Shown here in pieces: positions 54,086 through 64,000 of a stretch of 64,000 nt of DNA. Origin of the DNA: Octopus sinensis. Lineage: Eukaryota. Made by a program: the position numbers and the translations under genes. The notes below the pieces were generated by a model that saw only the letters and a program-made list of their open reading frames with translations, ran no database searches and was not told the origin of the DNA. The DNA is taken from NCBI RefSeq assembly GCF_006345805.1, contig NC_043005.1, positions 107,198,001-107,262,000 on the forward strand, in the 5' to 3' direction. Each line of letters starts with the position of its first letter. Positions within the stretch are counted from its first letter, which is position 1.

Positions 54086-56430
54086 ACATATATTTGTATT
54101 TATACGAATACGTATTTATATATGTATACTGTTAGTATAATGTACTACAAATAAATGTTAATAGACTTATAATGTGATGAGAAAAAAGAAAAAAAATACA
54201 CTTCAAATATTTTTATTTCATATTCCTACAAAAGCGTTGCAGCAACAACAACCCCTCCCTATGCCACTATTATATCAATTTAATATGGAACTGAGCCAGT
54301 AACATAGAGTGAGCTTGACTTTCTAATCCTCAGCTGAATTCATTTCATTTTATTTACGCAGTTTGTTCTTTTGGGAAATGAATAAAAATTACAACTGTTC
54401 TCTTCAGTCGTAATATAGCAATGAATATGTAGGTAAGAAGTTAATTTCACTACAACTTGTGTGCAAGCTGGATCACACTACAAGGCATATTCGGTTGCAG
54501 GGAAGTGTGTGTATGAATTTGTGGAATGGCTTGCCTGATCTTTGCTAGTTGAAGTTATTAATTTTTTTTATATTTTGGACTTTGTATGTCTTTAGTAAGG
54601 TCTAATATTGTGCAAGTATTCGGACGAGGTCTATAGTCTCAAGATAGCTTCTTAATCTCGTCCCACTGTTTTTGTAACCTGATAACGAGTCTGTGACTCT
54701 GATCTTCTGTCTACCCAAGTGCGGTGTTAAGAAACAGTGAAGAATGCTGCAGAGCAGATTGCCTTTCTTTTAACCAAGTTTTGTTCTCAATCGACAGTAA
54801 TTCAATTCCCTTTTATTAAAAACCTTTCTCCTTCTATCTACCTACCATTATCAATCTCGTTTTGTACCCAACACTTCTTACAACATTATTTTGCTAATAG
54901 TAGAAAAGATGATTAATAATTTGCAAAATAGCATGACTGTAGCAAATTTTAAATAATTATCATCGTATACATTCGTAATCTCGATGTCTTAATTAGCCAA
55001 TCGACATGTAAATGAGTGAACTTATGCTGAATAAACTGCTGCATTATGGAGCAAATACAAATGCAAGAAGTATTTCGTCAAAATTGTACGACAAATGTAA
55101 AAGTTTTCATTCTTGTCCAAGCTGAAGTATTTCTCTCAATAATACGGCTAACAATTGCTCAATCATTATTTAAAACTGAATGGCTGTATTCTATTTCCAG
55201 TGGAATAAACTGCCAATAATATACGCCTGCTACCGAACTTCTGTATGAGTAACTATTGTTATTGTAGCTTAACCCCCAAGTTAAACCTCACTAAAGAAGA
55301 ATATAAACAAAGGCTGAATGAACATTCGGTTTCTTAATATTAAGATTATACAGCATGATTTAATTGAGATTCGACTGCTATACCTGTTTGTTTGAAGTCC
55401 GACGTCGACCCGTTTCGCAAACCTACATTTGGAAAGCTGACATACTGTAGAATATCATGCACGTTCAGTATACTGAGATAATCGAGGGCATGCTAGCGTA
55501 GCTATTATAGAAGATATTATACAGAACCAATCAACCTAATGTGTTCCATTCCTTTTCTCACCGTCTTCATTGTTAGTGATGAAAAGGTTGTGATTGATGT
55601 TGTCTAGGCACTTCGAGCTATGATATGGTATTTTCGAAGATAATATGGCGTGATTTGGAGTAAATGTGGCTGCTATTTCTGTATCCATGCGCTCATATTA
55701 CATTGCACTTCAGTTGTTTTTGTAGACGAAGCTCTTTCTCGACATATATTCTGTCAACGGTCATGTTCTTCCCCATTCAGGGCTCTTTCCTACATATTCT
55801 AATAATTCTGATGTCTCATCCGTTATTTCTGATAGCGGATAACAAAGATCATGCTCTTAGTCACTCCTAATTATTTCAATCTTCTGCATATAAGCGTCAT
55901 CTAGTTGAATCATAGATTTCTTACATCCAACATGCACTAAATTTATAGCAACAGACTTCTGAGGCAACCCTCAAAATCATGGTGAAAAACGACAATGCAT
56001 ACACATATCAAGAAGGAAGTAGTGTATCTTAATCCTCACTTAAATATAAATTGCTTACAGATAAAAATGGACGCTCAAGTTCATCTTCGAAGTCACGTCT
56101 CAGTTTCAATGAAGATATTTTCTAGCCAGAACTGCATCACTTTGACCGATACACACTCTTCAGAGCCTGAACATATTTCATACTTCAAGAAGTAAATGAC
56201 TGTAAGGCTTCAGTGAATATGACATCAAGCACTGATCTCTTATCCCGGACGATTAGGCAGCTACGAACAAAGGCATTCTATACTGCATCCACAGGCATTC
56301 CGTCGCTTACGACGACGAGGGTTCCAGTTGATCCGATCAACGAAACTAACGTTCGAGAGCACCCGAACAAAATAAATATCCTCTTAATTGATTGATATTA
56401 TGTGATTGTCACCATATTTAAATCTTTGTA

Positions 56431-56841
56431 GGCGCAGGAGTGGCTGTGTGGTAAGTAGCTTGCTAACCAACCACATGGTTCCGGGTTCAGTCCCACTGCG
56501 TGACATCTTGGGCAAGTGTCTTCTGCTATAGCCCCGGGCCGACCAATGCCTTGTGAGTGGATTTGGTAGACGGAAACTGAAAGAAGCCTGTCGTATATAT
56601 GTGTATACATATATGTATGTGTGTGTTTGTGTGTCTGTGTTTGTCCCCCTAGCATTGCTTGACAACCGATGCTGGTGTATTTATGTCCCCGTCACTTAGT
56701 GGATCGGCAAAAGAGACCGATAGAATAAGTACTGGGCTTACAAAAAATATGTCCCGGGGTCGATTTGCTCGATTAAAAGGCGGTGCTCCAGCATGGCCGC
56801 AGTCGAATGACTGAAACAAGTAAAAGAGTAAAAGAGTAAAG
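56431..56841 (+). mobile_element. Full-length CORE-type tRNA-derived SINE
   Basis: Head GGCGCAGGAGTGGCTGTGTGGTAAG..GGTTCAGTCCC (A/B boxes), CORE-like GTGACATCTTGGGCAAGTGTCTT, internal (TA/TG)n, tail GGCGGTGCTCCAGCATGGCCGCAGTC..(TAAAAGAG)n. Confidence 0.9.
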
Positions 56842-57787
56842 AGAGAGAGAGATTGCTTTGTACCTAATGTTTATTTTTTATTGAGATTGTCTTCTTGGAA
56901 GATGATGTTCTAGGTTCTACTTTTACTCAGACACCCGCAACTCACTCCCCGCTTCTCCCCTCATTTCACATATTGTAATCAACTACAGACAACTGTACAG
57001 ACAATGCGCCCATTCTTTACTCGGCAGAAAAACGACCGTCGAGCATCTCCTAATACATGTTCTTCCTGCTGACTCCGATTTTTAATATTTCCTGGGGAGC
57101 AATAACTGCTTTGATCTTTGATCTCCGAGTACCTACGAAGTTTTGGGAGCTAACACTATTTTGTAGATGCATTTAAAAAGCAACTAAATACATTCCCCAC
57201 CAGTAAACATTCCGACACTATTATATCTACAAAGAATGATAATACGAAACAAAATGTATTTCATCAGCAGCATACTCAGCCACAACATTTGAAATATTCT
57301 TTTTATTTAATCTACTTGTCACGAACAATTTAAATAGCATTTGTAGGATGTTTTATCTGCGGCCGAATGTCTACTCCAGGGATAATTTATATATTTATTG
57401 AGAATGAATACAGTATATATTATCGCTAAAACGGTGAATTGTATACAGGTTATGGTTCTACAAACTCATTTGAGTAATGCTGCATGGAATATATCATTGT
57501 ACAGAGGTGATACATTTGTATATCCCATGCGGAATAGATCCAAGATGATCTAGGTATTGACAAGCAAATTATAACAGTTTATCGGTGACGGTGTTGGAAT
57601 TAACAAGTGGGTGATGGTGAAAAAAATGTAAAAGAATATTATTTGAAGGCGAAATTAATAAAAGATGTACAAAATTATTTTTCTCGAAATCGAAATGGTT
57701 GAAAAGCAAAAGCGTAATCGTGAGGTGAGTGAGTGATTGGAAAAAAAATATGACAGCGGCTAGTGCTGCTGTTGCTCACACCACTGA

Positions 57788-57803
57788 GGATGATGATGAT
57801 GAC

Positions 57804-57841
<38 letters not shown>

Positions 57842-57960
57842 CGATGATGGTGATGATGATGACGATGACGATGACAACGACGACGACGACGATGATGATG
57901 ATGATGATGACGACGACAACAACGATAGAGAGGACGACAACGAACACAATGATGAACACG
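57788..57960. repeat. (GAT/GAC)n microsatellite
   Basis: Visible trinucleotide run. Confidence 0.9.
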
Positions 57961-59250
57961 ATCACAGGGTCAGTGTTGAGGATCGTGAAGGTAATTAAGA
58001 TGGTGGGAAACGATTAAAGATTACTATGATATGATTATGATGATAATATTTATACTGGCAAATATATTTTAAAACAAAAAGATTCGATAACAAATGACAA
58101 CAACGTATACAAAATAAATTTGCAGGAAAAAATATGAGATAATTGAAAAAAAAGAGATGGCTAAAAATGAAAGTCAAGAATAAAAACCATTAAAATATGC
58201 AGAGAATAGCGTGATATTTCTCTTATGTAATATCTAGAGTGTTGACTATTGTAAGGTTTTTCAATGTTGCTTGGGGGATTAAAACTCAACAATGTATATT
58301 TAGAAACGTGAATGCAGTAAAATAGGAAATGAATACAGAGGCGTATGGTGATACTGATGACATTGATGGGTTTCGTGATGATGATGAGGATGATGATGAT
58401 GTAAATGTTATAACAATAGCAACGGCATAAATATAAAAAACAATATTGATAATAAAAACATTAACGACAAGAATAATAAAATGTACAAAGGTGAGAAAGA
58501 ATTCAAAAATAAAATAAAATTAAAACAAACAGCTTGATATAAATTCTGTTTGAAATTGTAATAATTTTTTTCCTGCTTTTTGTATATTTTGTATTCTCTT
58601 ATTTTTGTTTTTGTCGCTTCAGTTTTACAGTTCCACTTCATTTATTTAATATATATTTACTTATTTTTGTATATATGTATTAACGTTATTTCTTTGACTT
58701 CGCTTTTTTTTAAAAGTCATTTTTGTATTTTATTCAGATGTTATAAAATATTAGTTTTATTGTCTTTTCTGGAGATAACAGGAATAACTAAGACTTACAC
58801 TTTGGAATTATTTTCCTCCGTGACAGAAAAATAAAATAAAACAAAATATATAATAAAAAAAATTTTGCACATAAACTTAACTAGTTTTTCTTTATTCTGC
58901 CTCCAAGATAATTCTTTTCAAGTTTTTCATTTTCATATGGGAAATACGAGTTCTTATTTTGTAGATGTCGTTGAAGTCGTTCTTACATTTTTCTTATTAT
59001 TGTTCAAAAAGATTGCGCTGTGTTCTTACTGAAAATTATCATTTAACTTGAAGCAATTAAATACAATTGCAGAATAGAATTATACTTGAAACGGATATTT
59101 ATAATACATACAGGCATGCATGTGTGCGTATATATATGCATATATGCATGTATGTATGTATGTGTGTATGTATGTATATATTAATGTATGTATGTATATA
59201 TATGTGTGTGTGTGTGTATATATATAAAAAAAATATATATATACATATAC

Positions 59251-59297
<47 letters not shown>

Positions 59298-59403
59298 CGC
59301 ATATATATATGTATATATATATGCAACATGCGTACATACATATGTGTGTTTGTGTATGTGTGTGTGTGTGTACACATATATATGGATGTATAAATACTCG
59401 CAT

Positions 59404-59482
<79 letters not shown>

Positions 59483-60080
59483 TGATTGTTTGCTCTGCTA
59501 CAAACTTCACAAATAGGCTGATTAAAGGAAGATGCCAGAATAGCCAGTGTAGCTAGATTACTTTGTGCGATTGTGTGTGGGTAAGTGTAAGTGTATCTGG
59601 AGTGTCGGTGTGAGCATGCGCATTCAATATTTATTTTTGACTCTCTGATCAAAATACTGATAAACTTTAGAAGTGTTTGCCTAAATTCTACATCGTTATA
59701 GATAAAATGAATTCTGTTGAAATTGAAGCGTAACTGAATGGTTAAAATATTTCCCTAAGAATCGCACGGTTCAAGGTTCGATTCTGGTCTACAGTATCAT
59801 TAACTCGTATCTTTTGTATTGGCGTAATGTCCAATCAATCTCCGTAACTCATAAGTAAGCAGAAACAGAGACGCTTGAAAGACTGTATAGTTACTTAATT
59901 GCTTGTCTTATTTATTATTTTATGACTATTGGTACTATTTTTCTATATCATAGAAACTCCGGGGTACTACAACTGTTCTATAACGAAGCCATAAAGTGTA
60001 AGAAACATTAAGTTACAAATAGATCAGTATATTATTTTTATCTAATTCACATTCGTCTGCTGTTTTAAATTAGTTCACAC

Positions 60081-60759
<679 letters not shown>

Positions 60760-60760
<1 letters not shown>

Positions 60761-61111
60761 TGTTTGGCTTGTGCTTTGTATTTCTACAAGCTGGCTCCAA
60801 GTCTTACCCAGAGACCTCAAGTGACAACAAGTTTGAAGTTCAAGCTGGTGTTATGCCTAGGGTATTGTTATATATTTGGTCTTGCACATAGTATTGTTCT
60901 AGAAAATGTTTAGGAAAACATAATTATAAGTTTGTTTTAAAATTTGAGATGACATAGACATCATTTATGTAGGATATGGGCAGTTCCCATGAGTGCTAGC
61001 TTTTGAATTTCTGCCATTGTGGGGTTTTCTGGTATCTGAGCTAGGTAAGAATCAGGCCCTTTTGCTATCATTCTTAGGACACCTATGACAACAGGTATTG
61101 TTTTAGTCTTG
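60760..61111 (-). mobile_element. 5'-truncated 3' fragment of the 41678 Dong family
   Basis: GGCTCCAAGTCT.ACCCAGAGACCTCAAG 3' UTR and KTIPVVIGVLRMIAKG..EIQKLALMGTAHIL match 41690-42035. Confidence 0.85.
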
Positions 61112-61153
61112 ATTATCATCATCATCATCATCATCATTATTATTATTATTATT

Positions 61154-61707
61154 GAGTGAGAGAGCAGTTCATGCCATCAAATTGATACTGGGGTAAAATA
61201 TACGAAGCCCAATATACCCATCATGACTATCCGTCTGATAAGGGCACACCAGGCACATGCATCACAACCATATGTGCGCGGCATGGTGATCACATATCAA
61301 GATAAACTGCACATGACCTTGCAAGTGGGGCCCAGTTAGAATTTTCTCCAGGTTGAGTAGCCCATCCCGCTCAAACGGTCCCTGAATAAGGTTGTTTAAG
61401 GATGTTGAAAAACCCACCCATGTCTCCAGAGGTGAATTATTCAAACCCTAAAGAATCCCTCTCAACACATCGCTATGATGCTCCCCCACTACTTCTGCTC
61501 GTGATCAGAGATGCCCATATCGTCAGCCACTAAGGGACATGCTCAATTGGTTAAGGTCAAACAACTGACAAGCAAATCTGTGGTATTGAGCAGAATATTT
61601 GCTGTAGCCCATCTTTTCATACCAAGACAGAACAATGTACATGATAACACTTCCAATCAGTTAAGATCAGAAGCCATGAGAGCCTCTGCCTGGTACTGCA
61701 TCAGGGC

Positions 61708-61710
<3 letters not shown>
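61154..61710. mobile_element. ~560-bp non-coding repeat, copy 4 (most complete)
   Basis: Colinear with the other copies; (TTA)n directly on both sides. Confidence 0.9.
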
Positions 61711-61777
<67 letters not shown>

Positions 61778-63086
61778 ATTATTATTATCATCATCATCAT
61801 CGTTTTAGACATGTGAAGTTTCGTAGGCTTCTTACTAAAACCTAGCTCATCTAGTTCAGTCAACTGGGACCGACGACCTAGGATTTTGTAAGCCTACAAA
61901 ACTTAAAGTCGCGGAGGGCCGGCTGAGACTACTTTAAATGATAATATATGCAACCCCTACAAAATGCGTCGAATGCCTCTTTCTTTCATGTTCCACTCAT
62001 CGGTATATGTGTGTGTGTGTGCGCGCGCGTGTTTGTGAGTATGTATATGTGTGCGTATACTTGAGCATATGTGTGAATGTGTTATTGATTATCCTTGTGC
62101 CAAAACTGATCAAGCATTCTCTCAGAATTGCTGGCCTTGTCCCAAAATGATATGTCAACAGGAACACGAAGCATAGTTTAACCATGTAAATATGCCTATA
62201 GTCAATAGATGTGCTTCCAAGATTTTAAGTATAAATTGTATCCTATATAATACGTTAGACTGAAACGTTCTAACTTTGGATTATTATATGTTACAAATAT
62301 AAGAACAGATCCACGATTATCTTAATCAATACCGATCCCACAACCTTTTTGCCATACATTTTCATGCAACTCAGTGAGAACAAAGATTTTCAATGTCATA
62401 TTGGCTGACACATTACTTATGCCCTACTCTTTGTGCTCTAACACATTTTTCTGATGATAGAAAATATACATAATACTGCTATGTCAGCAAATAGATTTGA
62501 TATATGTTACACATTTTATATAACTGAAGGAAGAGAAGAAAAAATTTTAATGTTCAAAATTGGAAAATAACGCCTTGAATCACAGAAAAGAACGAATGTA
62601 ATTTTATCTTATTCTAAGACAGCATTTAGTAATAGCTTGAGACAATAAAAAATAAAAAACATCAGAAGAATAATCTTGCTTGGTGAGCAACATAAGTACG
62701 ACACGGTTCCATCAGCGTTGTGTACTCAGTCAATCCAGCCCACCACACCTCCTTTCACTTAATAAGAAATAAGTAAACCTCACGAAGTAACAAAACCAAC
62801 AAAAATAACTAAACAACAATATTACCTGCTTGGGCCATACGATAAACGCAACCTCAATACGCAGGTCAGCCATGTATTAAATCAGTTAAAAGCTTTAGCC
62901 AATTACCAAGTTTACATAAAACGTTGCTTTCAACTCTCATACTCTCCCGCTCCATCTCTTTATACACCAATAGCTATGTTTTTGTCAGCCACCCCTACCT
63001 GCACACACATGTATTGATAGAGAGATAGATATATAAACTGAGAGAAACATAGGGAGAGAGAGAAAAAGAGAAAAATAAAGAGATAC

Positions 63087-63125
<39 letters not shown>

Positions 63126-63623
63126 CTAGAGGGTTGGAAGAAGAGAGATGGGGGAAGTGATGGGCGAACTTCTAAATTTCCCCGACTCACGTCACAGTCC
63201 TCACAGCAGGATTTGTTCAAACTAAAATATTTACACCAAAAAAGAAAAGTAAATTATGTCACATAAAAAAATCTCACATCAAAACACATAAAAAATAAAC
63301 AGACGCGTAAACAGAAACATACATTCCCACCTTGAACCACGCACATATAAACACAATTTTCATTCACAACACTCGCTCTTCTCATCATAAATTTAGTTAA
63401 GTCTAAAAGGTTTGCTTAGTTAAGTCTAAAAGCTTTCAAAACTAGTTTAATACGGCCTCCATTTACAATTTCCATTCTCTTGGAGAGAATTGTATTCCGA
63501 ACTGTCTTTGAAAAAAATCAAACCAGGTTGAATTTACTTACGTAGATTTAGAATGTTTGCTGTTTCTATGTACACTTAGAAAGGATGCTACTACTATGTA
63601 TACACAGAAAGTAAAGGATGTTT

Positions 63624-63658
63624 CACACACACAGACACACACACAGACACACAGACAC

Positions 63659-63740
<82 letters not shown>
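63624..63740. repeat. (CA)n microsatellite
   Basis: Visible run. Confidence 0.95.
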
Positions 63741-63743
<3 letters not shown>

Positions 63744-64000
63744 CATCATTTCATTTCTGTATTTGCTTTGCAAGAATGTTACTGTGTAAATCTTGTCTTC
63801 TTGTTTTAAAACAGATGTGTCATGAAAGGGTGATTTCCCGAATAAGAAACACTCGCACTGGTTCTATTTTAGTTTTATGTATCATTATTCGTGAACTAAT
63901 TACCGTATGGATCGTTTATCTGATCGTCTGGTTGAACGATCGTTCTATTAAGCAATTAATGAACGGGTTTGTCAAAAGTATTGTCTTCGCTATTCGCGAC

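Noticed and set aside
57729-57998. Asp-rich ORF resembling an acidic biomineralisation protein
   Set aside because: It is a (GAT)n microsatellite open in several frames; no signal peptide or splice evidence.
54430-59890. Faint SINE-head remnants at ~54430-54540 and ~59725-59890
   Set aside because: Too decayed to assign boundaries or family with confidence.

Overview
AT-rich, repeat-dominated eukaryotic (animal) DNA with no host gene exon I can support. The SINE families and microsatellite load resemble an octopus genome; this is recognition from memory, not a database result. The window is a mosaic of (AT)n, (CA)n, (GATA)n, (CATA)n and (TAA)n microsatellites plus many retroelements. There are at least four families of R4/Dong-type non-LTR retrotransposons (RT + CCHC + restriction-like endonuclease), mostly stacked in (TAA)n tracts; the best preserved is 41678-45165 (-), with a 625-aa RT ORF. 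Also present: decayed L1/Tx1-like, RTE-like and CR1-like fragments, three tRNA-derived SINE families, and three TIR elements (a Tc1/mariner deletion derivative, a long-TIR MITE, and a Merlin-like MITE with internal telomeric repeats). Two observations stand out. (i) A SINE with a tRNA head, a Penelope-type minimal hammerhead ribozyme motif and inverted-end architecture, seen twice with TSDs. (ii) A ~560-bp non-coding element present four times, always in the same orientation at (TAA)n tracts next to Dong pieces, probably a Dong-dependent passenger. Almost all other ORFs in the track are microsatellite artefacts.
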